A DNA stretch of 64,000 nt from a bacterium (GCA_018700055.1 JABISL010000050.1:99946-163945); one strand, 5' to 3'; positions 38,823 to 49,123 are shown, numbered from the stretch's first letter. A program made the numbers and translations. The notes: generated by a model not told the origin, from the sequence alone.

Positions 38823-39072
38823 GGTCTGTTTTTTTTAAAGCTTCCGGCGGCCTGGTTAAGATACTATTCTTAAACTGAATTGACGTATCGATATTAGCCT
38901 CTTGAGTCACTTGTGATACGAACTGATCATATAGCATCTTGTAAGCCCCCGCTGTCTCAATCCAAAGTTCCCCAAACCCTTTTTTCATGTCATTTATCTT
39001 CTTATCCATTTTTGTCCCCCTAACTATCCCAGTATTGTTCCCCCCCTGCTCGCTATATAATGCAATATTCAT
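38788..39072 (-). CDS. Hypothetical protein, 94 aa (uncertain)
   Basis: ORF only. Overlaps the 3' end of the hydroxylase gene. Confidence 0.2.
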   Translation of the reverse strand: MNIALYSEQGGNNTGIVRGTKMDKKINDMKKGFGELWIETAGAYKMLYDQFVSQVTQEANIDTSIQFKNSILTRPPEALKKTDLIQNRVFERAM

Positions 39073-39273
39073 GCCAACCGAGTGCAGACATTTGGATTAC
39101 ACGGGTATCTGAAGCCCTCATTGATAGCGGTTTTCAGTAAAAATAATTGTATTTTCTGCAATCGCGTTGCATTTAGTGCATTAGATCACCGACGACACGC
39201 CTACTTACGCGTGCCAATAAATATACAGGCACTGTTTTATATTTCATCCTTGAGTTAAAATCGGGGGTAATGT

Positions 39274-39350
<77 letters not shown>

Positions 39351-39441
39351 ATAGTTAGGGTCGAAATTGATTGGGGGACTGATGCGGGGAGTTTTTCTTC
39401 TACCCTTTTTCTACCCGGATGCATTTAACTAGGAGGCTGTT

Positions 39442-39777
39442 TTGTTAACAAAACAAGGAACCCAAAGACTTCATGACAAGCTAAATAAGAAGGGTCTAGA
39501 TGAAGTTGAAATCGAATTGGAAAGTGGTGCTTATCGTGGACCAAAGAAAATCATCGTTTGTTCTTGGATAAAAAAAGAAAAAGAAAAGAAAGCGGGGGAA
39601 ATTCGCCTAGATAAACAAGATGCTAGGGAAGAAGAAAACCTAGCAATTAATAAACAGCAATTAGTCATTAACAAGATCGCAATTTCGAAATCAAACACTA
39701 AAGCAAATTTGGCAATCGGTATCTCCATTGGACTTCCCATAATTCTTAAAATTATTGATTACTGTTTTTTTAAATAG
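39442..39777 (+). CDS. Small Lys/Glu-rich protein with a C-terminal TM helix (element cargo, uncertain)
   Basis: ORF only. Confidence 0.3.
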   Translation: MLTKQGTQRLHDKLNKKGLDEVEIELESGAYRGPKKIIVCSWIKKEKEKKAGEIRLDKQDAREEENLAINKQQLVINKIAISKSNTKANLAIGISIGLPIILKIIDYCFFK

Positions 39778-39786
39778 CGTTTGATT

Positions 39787-40242
39787 CTATTCAACGATTT
39801 TACATGTCCCATTATATTGTGACGTCATTGGATCAATTAATGTTAGATGTCGTGAATAGACCATTGGGTATTGTTGGGTATTTGTTAAAGGCTTTGAAAA
39901 TACAGTAAGTATATTAATCCCACCCCCAGTATATTCAGCAAAAGTAATGCCCTTGCTAATTTTGATTGCCTGAACATCTGTTGATCCACTTCCGATCAAC
40001 CGAGCCGTGCCATTTTTAAGGTCGATAGAATCAAATATTAACGTGGAATCCTCCTTAGACTTAGACCATGTGCTGGCTTTCATACTGGGCCCGTTCTTAT
40101 CCCAAACAGTGAACATTCCCTTGCCTATCTGGCATTTTATTGTTGTCGCTGTTATTAATTCATTGCCTTTAATATTCCCTAAACAGACATTTGAAAAGAC
40201 TATTAATAGAACCAAAACGAGTTTCGTTTTCCATATATCCAT
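39787..40242 (-). CDS. Secreted hypothetical protein (signal peptide), element cargo
   Basis: The internal Met gives a typical signal peptide (MDIWKTKLVLVLLIVFSNVCLG). No homology recognised. Confidence 0.4.
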   Translation of the reverse strand: MDIWKTKLVLVLLIVFSNVCLGNIKGNELITATTIKCQIGKGMFTVWDKNGPSMKASTWSKSKEDSTLIFDSIDLKNGTARLIGSGSTDVQAIKISKGITFAEYTGGGINILTVFSKPLTNTQQYPMVYSRHLTLIDPMTSQYNGTCKIVE

Positions 40243-40298
40243 ACCCCTGCGCCTCATCAAGAGCGGCGCATCAGTGGGTGTGGGGATGTGTGTAAACA

Positions 40299-40502
40299 CT
40301 AACAGTGCATATCCTTCTCAATAGTGATCTTGTAGCCAATCACCTTAAGGATTTCTTTTAGCTCGGCATATTTAATGGAGCCGCGAGCGATTTTTTGGTT
40401 GAGGTTTTGGGTGCTGGTGCCAAGTAATTCGGCAACCTTCGCGACAGTAAATCCTGCCCCGTAAATAATCCCTTTAATCTCGTTTTTGATTTCGTCTGTC
40501 AT
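40299..40502 (-). CDS. XRE/Cro-like helix-turn-helix DNA-binding protein, 67 aa
   Basis: HTH region VAKVAELLGTSTQNLNQKIARGS. Confidence 0.6.
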   Translation of the reverse strand: MTDEIKNEIKGIIYGAGFTVAKVAELLGTSTQNLNQKIARGSIKYAELKEILKVIGYKITIEKDMHC

Positions 40503-40749
40503 AGGCGCTCACTTTATCATAGTTCACTTCAATAAACTAAACTGTTTATAGAAGATGCTTGACTGTTTATTCATAAGTATTTATACTATAAATGTATTCG
40601 TTTATTAGATAAATCTTTTAGTGGAGCGGGGTGATAAAACAAATAACAAATCAGGATGGGTGAAAAGAACGGACTCTCGCTTAAAAGGCCAATCCTTTTG
40701 CACCCGTCCTAAGCATATCAAAAACAAACAATTCTGCTTAGGAGCATCT

Positions 40750-40947
40750 ATGGAACTATTAACCAAACAAGAACTAGCCAACTATCTAAAGGTACGGGTC
40801 AAAACAGTCTGTTACCTTCTCTATTCCAAACAACTACCCAAAATCAAAGTGGGCAGAGAATACCGATTCATCAAAACAGACATCGATAAATGGATCGCAT
40901 CGCAACGACAAGAAGTACGAACCTACTCCTTCAAAGGCATCCATTAA
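40750..40947 (+). CDS. xis: Excisionase / AlpA-like HTH (Xis)
   Basis: MELLTKQELANYLKVRVKTVCYLLYSKQLPKIKVGREYRF matches the excisionase HTH_17 pattern. TAATG overlap with the int start. Confidence 0.6.
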   Translation: MELLTKQELANYLKVRVKTVCYLLYSKQLPKIKVGREYRFIKTDIDKWIASQRQEVRTYSFKGIH

Positions 40948-42065
40948 TGGCCTTCCTTAAAGAAGTCCCAGGAAAAAACAAACCCACCTTTTACATCATC
41001 TACAAACAACCGGTACGCCAACCGAACGGTACCGTTATTAATAAAAAGAAATGGCTCAACGTAGGGCACGTTAAATCAAACGCCCACCAAGCACTACGAG
41101 CCTTTAAGAAAGAGTACGACGCCAACCGAAGTAAGTTCACACTCACGCAAACAGTCCTCTTCTCTACCTTCGTAAACGAGTCATTCCTCCCCTGGTGCAA
41201 ATCCAGAAAAAACGAAAAAGAATATGCCAGGACCTGTCATTCGATATGTTTGATGGTGGGGTTCTTTGGGCCCATTCGACTCAATGACCTTACGACAAAA
41301 ATGATTGAAGACTATGTCACATGGCGAAAAGAACGAAAGACACGTGACAAGAGTATTTCCAATCGAACAGTCAATATTGACCTCATTTACCTATCCCAAT
41401 GCTACAACAAAGCTATCGAATGGGAAGTTGTAGAGAATAATCCCTGCAAAAAAGTATCGAGATTAAAGGAGCCCAAAAGTCGTGTGCGTTTCTTTAGTGT
41501 TGAAGAAATAGGCCATCTCATCTTTGCGGCGAACCCGTATATCAAACGGTTCTTGATCGTCGGTCTCTCTACGGGCATGCGACATAGTGAGTTGTTGAAT
41601 CTAAAGCTCTCTCAGATCGATATGGTTAACCAAACCATCCACATCACTAACGATGAGACGTTTCAGACGAAGAGTGGGAAGAATCGGGATATTCCCATCT
41701 CGTTCTTTCTCATGGATCACCTCGTCCAAATGATGAAAACATGGGCCCACCCTATCACCTGTGAAGTGCGACCTCGCACGTCAGCGCAATCGACTTATTT
41801 GTTCTGCAACGAGAAGGGAGAACCTCTCAAGAGCTTTAAGCGATCGTTCTATTCATTGCTTGCCCATGCCAATGTCTCAAACGCCACCGTCCACACCATG
41901 CGCCATACATTCGCCTCTCATCTCGTGATGAAAGGCGTGAGTATCCGAACGGTTCAAGAGCTGCTTGGACACTCTTCAATCAGTGTTACGGAGATGTATG
42001 CCCATTTGAGCAGTGGGTTTAAGAAGAAGGAGATTGATTTGCTGGATTACGGGGGCTTGGGCTAA
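40947..42065 (+). CDS. int: Tyrosine-type site-specific integrase
   Basis: C-terminal catalytic region (HTMRHTFASHLVMKGVSIRTVQELLGHSSISVTEMYAHL) with R..H..R..Y signature residues. Confidence 0.85.
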   Translation: MAFLKEVPGKNKPTFYIIYKQPVRQPNGTVINKKKWLNVGHVKSNAHQALRAFKKEYDANRSKFTLTQTVLFSTFVNESFLPWCKSRKNEKEYARTCHSICLMVGFFGPIRLNDLTTKMIEDYVTWRKERKTRDKSISNRTVNIDLIYLSQCYNKAIEWEVVENNPCKKVSRLKEPKSRVRFFSVEEIGHLIFAANPYIKRFLIVGLSTGMRHSELLNLKLSQIDMVNQTIHITNDETFQTKSGKNRDIPISFFLMDHLVQMMKTWAHPITCEVRPRTSAQSTYLFCNEKGEPLKSFKRSFYSLLAHANVSNATVHTMRHTFASHLVMKGVSIRTVQELLGHSSISVTEMYAHLSSGFKKKEIDLLDYGGLG

Positions 42066-42108
42066 TTGTGCAATTTATTGCGAGTGAAAGTTGCACAATT
42101 ATGCACAA
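42066..42108. promoter_or_regulatory. Operator-like repeats TTGTGCAA-N17-TTGCACAA plus a third half-site, upstream of the RhuM::Doc gene
   Basis: 8-bp inverted repeat seen in sequence, followed by an additional tgcacaa half-site at 42102. Confidence 0.3.
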
Positions 42109-42202
42109 TTAGGAAAACCACCTCTCACATGGACAATGATGTGAGTGTAACGTAAGATAATTACTATTTTATTTATTTATTGACGTAACTAGGAGAAACA
42201 CC

Positions 42203-43237
42203 ATGAAAACTACAAAAGAAAACCAAATACTGATTTTTAAATCCGACACCGGACCGGAAGTCGATGTGACACTTATTGATGAAAACATATGGCTCACACA
42301 AGCGCAAATGGCGGAGTTGTTTGAGAGAACAAGAGAAAATATAACCTTGCACATTAAAAATATTTTTAATGAGGAAGAATTGGATGAAAAAGTGGTATGT
42401 AAGGAATCCTTACATACCACTCAACATGGTGCTTTAAAGAAAAAAACACAAACTAGCACCGTCAAACTCTACAATCTTGATGTCATCATTTCAGTGGGTT
42501 ACCGCGTTAAATCCAAACGTGGGACGCAGTTCAGGATATGGGCCAATCGGGTTCTCAAGGACTATTTGATTCAAGGGTATGCCGTCAATGAGAATAAGCT
42601 CAAAGGCCAGACCCAAAAGATTAAACAGCTTGAAGCGACGATACAATCAATCGTGTCAGCGTCAGACCAAAAAGAGTTAACGAATACTGAGGCCAAGGGT
42701 GTATTGAGGGTAATTCAGGACTATACCCTGGCATTGGACCTATTGGACCAATACGACCATCAAAAACTTCAAATAGAGAATACAAATAAACAGACCGGAA
42801 CTGTGATTAGCTATGAAGAGGCGATGAATGCCATCGCGACATTAGAGCAGAAGTTCCGAACCGATGGGGAATCTGTAGGGTTCTTTGGAAAGGAAAAAGA
42901 CGATTCATTCCGCAGTTCCATTGCTACGATATACCAGACCTTTGATCAGAAAGAGCTATACCCAAGCATCGAAGAGAAGGCAGCGCATCTCTTGTATTTC
43001 GTTATCAAGAACCACTCGTTTGTTGATGGGAATAAGCGAATCGCAGCGTTTGTGTTTGTTTGGTTCTTAGAACGAAATGATTACCTATATGCCCCTGATG
43101 GTAGACGCAGGATCGAAGATAACGGTCTTGTTGCACTCTGCTTATTGGTAGCTCATAGCAAACCGGATGAAAAAGACGTCTTCGTTAAGTTGATCGTGAA
43201 CTTGATTAATAAGCGGAATGGAGGGAACAACGGATAG
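42203..43237 (+). CDS. RhuM-family N-terminal domain fused to Doc/Fic-family domain (HxFx(D/E)GNKR motif)
   Basis: RhuM-like N-terminus (ITLHIKNIFNEEELDE..YNLDVIISVGYRVKSKRGTQFRIWANRVLKDYLIQG). Doc-type motif HSFVDGNKRIAAFVF near the C-terminus. Confidence 0.75.
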   Translation: MKTTKENQILIFKSDTGPEVDVTLIDENIWLTQAQMAELFERTRENITLHIKNIFNEEELDEKVVCKESLHTTQHGALKKKTQTSTVKLYNLDVIISVGYRVKSKRGTQFRIWANRVLKDYLIQGYAVNENKLKGQTQKIKQLEATIQSIVSASDQKELTNTEAKGVLRVIQDYTLALDLLDQYDHQKLQIENTNKQTGTVISYEEAMNAIATLEQKFRTDGESVGFFGKEKDDSFRSSIATIYQTFDQKELYPSIEEKAAHLLYFVIKNHSFVDGNKRIAAFVFVWFLERNDYLYAPDGRRRIEDNGLVALCLLVAHSKPDEKDVFVKLIVNLINKRNGGNNG

Positions 43238-43318
43238 TTAACCACAATTCCACATTTGCTACGGCGCTCCCTTGATGGGCGCCGTGGTGGATTTGATGGA
43301 TAACTTTGAAGCTTTCAA

Positions 43319-43642
43319 TTGAAAAGAATAGTGTTCCGTAGAATAATACTTAGCATGCATAAAAGAATCGAAACTAACGATGACGTTACTATTATTTTTA
43401 AATATTACCCCTTGTTCTATCTTTGTTTTATAGGGTTATTAATTTCCGAATTTTTCCCTCCTACTATTGGTGGAATAATTTCAATCGCTATAACTCTATT
43501 ATTTAGTATATATATTCTCGGCAACATTAAAGTATGGTTTGAAATTAGAAAAGCTATGAAAGTTGGCGATGTAAAGATATCAGGTAGCAAATTCTCATTT
43601 TCTAATCCATTAACCTTCGTAATAAAAAAACAACAGAAATAG
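43319..43642 (+). CDS. Small membrane protein (2 TM), element cargo (uncertain)
   Basis: ORF with two hydrophobic helices. Confidence 0.3.
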   Translation: MKRIVFRRIILSMHKRIETNDDVTIIFKYYPLFYLCFIGLLISEFFPPTIGGIISIAITLLFSIYILGNIKVWFEIRKAMKVGDVKISGSKFSFSNPLTFVIKKQQK

Positions 43643-43783
43643 AAACAATAAGATCTATCCATCACTAATTTCTTCTACCTTTTTCTACCCACTTCAACTT
43701 AAACCAACAAACCCGTACGCACAAACAGTGGAATGAACGAAAAGGTGGAATATCAAAATACGTGCGTGGAGAGTGGTGGGGGA

Positions 43784-43831
43784 AGGACTTCTAATCCGTA
43801 GGTCAGTGGTTCGAATCTACTCGGGCGCACC
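43784..43831. repeat. attR core (displaced partial tRNA-Arg 3' end)
   Basis: Exact duplicate of 39303..39350. No 5' half of a tRNA is present. Confidence 0.85.
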
Positions 43832-43901
43832 AATTAGATAAGATTCACTTGCTCTACGCCCAAGATGAATCACGGAAACTCGAAATAAATTCGATCCTAT
43901 A

Positions 43902-44606
43902 TTAAGCCGAAGGGGTTCTTTTTTCGTTTGAAAGAGCTAATGTTTGCAGAACTCTTAAGTACTCATCGGGCATATAAGATGACCCGTCACCGGCAGAACA
44001 CGCCTCATTGTCATATAGAAATGGTACATCAAAGTGTTTTGACCAATCCAATACCATTTTCGACGCCCGGTGTCTCTCTTTTCCATTACCAACAATCAAT
44101 GTCTGGCCGTCCTTCTGATGGTCATAGTCCTTCAATGGCATTAGTCGATCTGTAGTAAAAATAAGCATGTTTTCTTGGTCTTGATCTTTAACAATATCAG
44201 CTGGATTCAGCAGAATGCCATTATAGTCTTGCTCTACAGGAACCTCCCTTTGTACCCGATGCCCGATAAGTTTGTCGTTAGAATCAAAAACAGGTGTGCC
44301 AAATCCCCCTAAGTTGGCATGTGCGGGGACAAACATTGATACCATCTGTACGTCTCCCTGAGAAGGAATCCCTTCTAAAAGGTCTAAGACCTTCTCTTCA
44401 TTGAAAAGGTCCCAATTAGATTGATTTCCTGTAAGCAGTTGATGCGTTGTAAAATTCCCTCGTTCACTACTGAGGAAGGCATTCAAATCGGCCAATTCTT
44501 GAATTTTTTGGTGTGATGTATAGTCAAAGTCCATGATAACTCTACGGTCATCTAGGCTTACGATAAGGTAATCGTGAAAGGCCTCACCTTTTTCATTTAA
44601 GGACAT
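43902..44606 (-). CDS. C-terminal fragment carrying the His/Asp part of a transglutaminase-like cysteine-protease core; probably the downstream half of the preceding gene, split by a frameshift
   Basis: AFHDYLIVSLDDRRVIMDFDYT resembles the TGase-like H..(G)W..FDPT segment. 10-nt out-of-frame overlap with the upstream ORF at an A6 run. Confidence 0.5.
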   Translation of the reverse strand: MSLNEKGEAFHDYLIVSLDDRRVIMDFDYTSHQKIQELADLNAFLSSERGNFTTHQLLTGNQSNWDLFNEEKVLDLLEGIPSQGDVQMVSMFVPAHANLGGFGTPVFDSNDKLIGHRVQREVPVEQDYNGILLNPADIVKDQDQENMLIFTTDRLMPLKDYDHQKDGQTLIVGNGKERHRASKMVLDWSKHFDVPFLYDNEACSAGDGSSYMPDEYLRVLQTLALSNEKRTPSA

Positions 44607-47600
44607 CTTTTTTCTGTTTCAAACCCTAACGCCGAAAAGATAATCCGTCCTAGCTCAGCCTGATGACGACAAACGCCCTTTTGAAAATAAAGCGAGTCAT
44701 ACAAAAGGTTTCCTGTCTTCTGGTCAGCCGGACTATCCATCTCCATAAACCCGTCAAAGTAAGTAAAGATACCTGCCAACATATCGGTCTGTGACACCCC
44801 ATCCTGAATGAGTATATTTAATGCGATTAAAAGACTCTCTTTTGTATAGTTCGCAGGCACTAACTTGGCATGTATAAATCGTTTAAGAATGTCATTCAGA
44901 TCGATCAATTCTTCATTCAATATATCCAAATTGCGTTGGCCTTCTTGCTTAAACAACGGAGTTGATCGCAACTCAGAATAGAGAGGCAGTGGATCGTCGA
45001 ATGTTACATCTACGGTTAATGACTGTGACTTTGCGTTAAAGATTACTCGTTCTTTTCTATCAAACATCTGCTCACATTCATTTGGTGGGCACTGTAAGGC
45101 GTAACCTGCTTCGTTATACAACGACATGGTGGCCTGGTTACTTCCCATAAGACTAGGGACTAGAAGCGTTTCGCCTGGCGCCAAAGTTGCACTAATCGTG
45201 TTTGGAGTAGTCACGCGTTCAGGTATTTGGGACATCTTAACCATTAAGTCAGCCGCGTACTCCAAAAAAAGTGCCTTCGTGCCAGTCCAATTCCTTTTGG
45301 GCGTAGCCTCTCCAGGTATTAGGTCATATCGACGTGCTGCAGCCGCCTTCTCTTCCATCTGATTCAGATTACTAAGAGTTAAAAATGAGCCTTCACGACG
45401 TGCCACAGCCGCTTTCCTTTCCGTCTGTATCTTCTCTTTTATCGGATTCACATTACCTAGGGGAGATAAGGGGGCTTGAGGGGGGGTAGGAGGAACGTTT
45501 CCAGGTAATGAGTCATAACGACGTGACGCAGCCACTTGCTCTTCCATCTCTGCCTTCTCTTCCATCTGATTCAGGTTATCAAGGGATAAGGGCGTTGGAA
45601 GACCGTTTCCAGGTGTCGCTGGAATCGCCTCTCTTTCAAATTTAACCGGCTTTAGCTGAATTGTTTTTCTGTGCCTAAAAAAAACGGCGTTTAATAAATG
45701 GTGTGCCGATTTTTCTGCACGTTCCAACCCTTCTTCTTGAATCTTCTGTCCCAGTTTTTTGGCAAACAAGATCAATTGTCTGGGGGTCGGAGGGTTATTA
45801 ACATCTTGAATATTCTCGTCGATGTAGAGGTCGGCGAATACGACTACTGCCCACTTCAGGGGGACCTCATATTTGGCACTTGCCCAGTCTATTAATCCCT
45901 TCATGTACTCCGTTCTATCCCTCTTACCCGTGGGTGACGTAAGATGTACCGTTGAAAAAGTCTGCTCATTTAATTTAAAGCGATTACTAATTTGAGACTG
46001 CGCGTTTTGAGTCCCAATGATTTTGATGTTTTTACCTTGTATAAAATGAAATATTTCATTGAGCTGTGCGGGTGAGATTAAATTAATTTCCGATATTTGA
46101 AAAACAATATTCTTGCCTGGGTGTTGTTCATGAGTATCGACGATTTGTTCCAGTAGTGGCTGATCTGGTGCCGAAGTAATTTCTTCGACATGAATATTGT
46201 CAGCGTTCTGGCCTAGCATCTTTAAAAAGTGCTTAGTAAGCGCATCTTTTCCAAGACCGGGGGCGCCTTCTAATATAAGCCATTGTGGGTCATTCGTTGC
46301 AAACTCAGAAAGGGCGTCAAATACCTCTCTAGCGATATCATTATCCATATATAAAGAACTGTCATTAAAATAATCTTGCTTGAGAAGCTCAGGGCTAACT
46401 ATATTCAGGTGCGTAGGGGTCGATGACTTGTGTGTCGGTGCGTGTGTTTGAATGCCTTTTACTTGATACCAGTTGTCACGATATTGCAGTTTCCATTTCC
46501 CCATATGTTTCTTAAAATTGGCAACAATATCTAACTTGGGTTTTGTTGGGATCCTTATGACTTGGTCTTTGAGATACTCTTCAATTTTCTGTGTGTCTTC
46601 ATTATGGATCCCTTGTTGAGACAACTGGCGGTCTATGTTTTTTCCAAAGTCACTCAAATACTGATATATCACGACATCAGATTCTTTAGTCGAATGTTTT
46701 TGATATACCTCGTCTGGAAGACGGGTTAATAAATATCGATGCGGCGGTTTGTCTGTAGATGAAACAGCGTTTAATTCACCATCGCTTTGGACTACAACAA
46801 GTTCGTTTTGAGACACGTTGTGTTTACTCTTCTGTTCTAGTGTAATTATATCTAATTCTAGTGCCTGAACGGTCGTTATACGTGATAATTGTTTATACCG
46901 TAATTGGTCCGCTCCTAACTCATCGGTCTTAGGTGAAGATGGCTTATTTTGGTACTGCAGTGAATACTCATCTATATAATCACTGTCAATTCGATTTTGG
47001 ACATCTTTGGTTAGGTCATTATAGTGGCCTACAACTATGATTTTAACGTGGTCGGAAATCTTTCTGCCTAACCAGCGTCGATCTTGTAATAAGTCATTGT
47101 GTCCCGAATTAATATCATCTGTAGGGATAATAAGTACTGTAGGAAGTGTTGTGCCATACAATGTTTGCTGGGTATCCAGATCTTGGCCTGTCTCTTCTGT
47201 ATGTTGCTTGTACAAACTACTCGGTGTAATCCTTTGAATGTTTTTTGACCCTAGATCCCTTAAAAATTGAGGTAGAAATTGGTCTGGGTTTGTTTCTATA
47301 AACGTAAACTCAAAGGAAAGTAAGTCAGAAAGTTTAAAAGACTCATTTGCCATCACATCCTCACGACTTACAAACGGAGTGTGTTTCATCACCTGTTCTG
47401 TGAAGCTAGGCGACCACTTCTCACAAGGAATATGTTTTATAAGGGCGTTAACTACGTTTATAGGTATAGTCATATGGAAAGAGTAGGACTTCTGATTATG
47501 ATTAATAACCTTGATAACATCCGTAAAGTCGGCATGCTGATTAATGGCCTCGGCAACCTCCTTGTTATCTAATAATTCCTGGGAGAATTTGGATAAGTCA

Positions 47601-47995
47601 CGATACCCGCCTTCTATGGCCTTAACTGCGAACGGTACATTATCTCGCGTAATCACCAGGGATATTTCAGGCCAATACTCAGGGTGTTGAGTAATCACTT
47701 TCATCCAAAAATCCCGATCTTCCCGAAGAGGGCTCTTTATCATGGTTCGCCATTTTATGTCTTTAGATATAACTGCTAAGGCAAGGTCCTCATTACTCCT
47801 AAGTCTATTAGAAGCGAGAAAGAAAGAGTGGGGGTCTTTCTGAATTGCAGCCAGAACACACTCATACCTATCCCTATCGCTGTCTGGTAGCGGGGTTCTG
47901 TGCGATAATTCCTTACAGCCTGGTTGATGAACGGGTTCTCCACGGACTTGAGTCGCGGCATATGTTGTTGCTGCTAATGTTATTAAACGAATCAC
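44597..47995 (-). CDS. Large secreted protein (1,132 aa) with degenerate P-loop (GAPGLGKD), internal ~45-aa tandem repeat, and C-terminal TGase-like Cys motif (GVCRHQ) truncated by the stop
   Basis: Signal peptide. P-loop-like motif. Repeats (LDNLNQMEEKA..RRYD..PG). The TGase-like catalytic Cys motif lies ~8 aa before the stop. Confidence 0.6.
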   Translation of the reverse strand: MIRLITLAATTYAATQVRGEPVHQPGCKELSHRTPLPDSDRDRYECVLAAIQKDPHSFFLASNRLRSNEDLALAVISKDIKWRTMIKSPLREDRDFWMKVITQHPEYWPEISLVITRDNVPFAVKAIEGGYRDLSKFSQELLDNKEVAEAINQHADFTDVIKVINHNQKSYSFHMTIPINVVNALIKHIPCEKWSPSFTEQVMKHTPFVSREDVMANESFKLSDLLSFEFTFIETNPDQFLPQFLRDLGSKNIQRITPSSLYKQHTEETGQDLDTQQTLYGTTLPTVLIIPTDDINSGHNDLLQDRRWLGRKISDHVKIIVVGHYNDLTKDVQNRIDSDYIDEYSLQYQNKPSSPKTDELGADQLRYKQLSRITTVQALELDIITLEQKSKHNVSQNELVVVQSDGELNAVSSTDKPPHRYLLTRLPDEVYQKHSTKESDVVIYQYLSDFGKNIDRQLSQQGIHNEDTQKIEEYLKDQVIRIPTKPKLDIVANFKKHMGKWKLQYRDNWYQVKGIQTHAPTHKSSTPTHLNIVSPELLKQDYFNDSSLYMDNDIAREVFDALSEFATNDPQWLILEGAPGLGKDALTKHFLKMLGQNADNIHVEEITSAPDQPLLEQIVDTHEQHPGKNIVFQISEINLISPAQLNEIFHFIQGKNIKIIGTQNAQSQISNRFKLNEQTFSTVHLTSPTGKRDRTEYMKGLIDWASAKYEVPLKWAVVVFADLYIDENIQDVNNPPTPRQLILFAKKLGQKIQEEGLERAEKSAHHLLNAVFFRHRKTIQLKPVKFEREAIPATPGNGLPTPLSLDNLNQMEEKAEMEEQVAASRRYDSLPGNVPPTPPQAPLSPLGNVNPIKEKIQTERKAAVARREGSFLTLSNLNQMEEKAAAARRYDLIPGEATPKRNWTGTKALFLEYAADLMVKMSQIPERVTTPNTISATLAPGETLLVPSLMGSNQATMSLYNEAGYALQCPPNECEQMFDRKERVIFNAKSQSLTVDVTFDDPLPLYSELRSTPLFKQEGQRNLDILNEELIDLNDILKRFIHAKLVPANYTKESLLIALNILIQDGVSQTDMLAGIFTYFDGFMEMDSPADQKTGNLLYDSLYFQKGVCRHQAELGRIIFSALGFETEKRCP

Positions 47996-48433
47996 TGATT
48001 AATCCTTTGAATATAACTATATTTGTTTTCGTACTGCCTACATATAGTTATCGGATTTTTTTTGAATGAATTTCAAAAAATAAGGCTGCCGATAGACTAG
48101 AACTCTTTTTCTCTATCGATGAAGGGGCCGCATTCCCCAGCCAATATGTTGAGCTACTTTTTCAGGTGATAAATTTATTTATATTCACTCCTTCGAAATC
48201 TTTACGGCTCAATATTTCAACCATGATAAGGCCAGGCCAAGTGTTGGATTACTAACATTAGATATCATTCCTAAGACTTTCCAACCGGTTTCATATTGGC
48301 TCTGTACCAACGATCCACCATATCGATATCCTGAACCCCTTTATTAGTAGTGGGCCACTGTTATACCTTGACCCAACTACTCCTCTACTTAACTGGGATA
48401 CGGGCCGTAGTAAATGCCCCCCTCCTCGTCCGA

Positions 48434-49012
48434 TCATTCGAATCGTTTCTGAAGGGTTGCCTTGATCATAGGCCAGTCATCCTGGGTGATGCTAAACATA
48501 ACAGTGTCGCGGACGTAGTTGCCTTGGACGATCTTATGTTTGCGAAGTATGCCTTCATTGGTGGCGCCGAGGTAGGTCATGGCTGAGATAGATCGATCGT
48601 TGCGAGTATCTACATGAAATCCGACTCGATTCCATTGAAGGGCTTCGAAGGCTTGAGAGAGTAAAAGGAACTTGGTCTCGGGATTAATTCCTGATCCCCA
48701 AACGCTGGGTTGGTACCAAGTGAATCCGATGCAGAGTCGTTTATCTGAAGGGGCTACTTCGTAGTACCTGGTAGATCCTAATATGGTCTTGGTCTTGTTA
48801 TCAATAACTACATACGCAAAGGGATCTCCACCTTGGTGGTTCTTAGTCATAGCCTCGATATAAGCCGTGATGAATGACTCTAAATCTTGGTTGACCGGCT
48901 TAGCCCACGTCCAAATATCATCATGAGATGCGGCTTCGGTTAACCTTTCTAAATGATGGGGAGCTAGTTGTTCTAAGGTGATATTGGGGCCTTTGAGGGC
49001 TTTGCTAAACAT
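48434..49012 (-). CDS. GNAT-family N-acetyltransferase (RimL/RimJ-like)
   Basis: GNAT motif-A region (LCIGFTWYQPSVWGSGINPETKFLLLSQAFE). Confidence 0.65.
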   Translation of the reverse strand: MFSKALKGPNITLEQLAPHHLERLTEAASHDDIWTWAKPVNQDLESFITAYIEAMTKNHQGGDPFAYVVIDNKTKTILGSTRYYEVAPSDKRLCIGFTWYQPSVWGSGINPETKFLLLSQAFEALQWNRVGFHVDTRNDRSISAMTYLGATNEGILRKHKIVQGNYVRDTVMFSITQDDWPMIKATLQKRFE

Positions 49013-49123
49013 AGCTGAATTTTATCACGGAAGCGCCAAAATAAGTGGGGATAATCAATCCTATGTCCTCAATAACTGTATATTTTATGTAAATTACGTA
49101 AAATAAATGAAATTTATACGGTC

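Noticed and set aside
40007-40324. 105-aa ORF antisense to the secreted-protein gene in the island
   Set aside because: It overlaps a signal-peptide-bearing ORF on the other strand. That ORF is preferred.
43417-43665. 82-aa ORF antisense to the small membrane-protein ORF
   Set aside because: The two are mutually exclusive. Neither is strong, and the plus-strand ORF has two clean TM helices.
45126-47961. Several 60-80-aa ORFs antisense to the 1,132-aa gene
   Set aside because: They are embedded in a long ORF with consistent codon usage and are probably spurious.
47996-48433. 438-bp gap searched for a small RNA (SRP, 6S, RNase P)
   Set aside because: No conserved motifs of these RNAs were recognised by eye. 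There is only an AT-only palindrome (ttttttgaa-tgaat-ttcaaaaaa) near 48056.
48350-48586. 78-aa ORF overlapping the GNAT gene 3' end
   Set aside because: It is antisense to, and overlapping, a motif-supported GNAT acetyltransferase gene.
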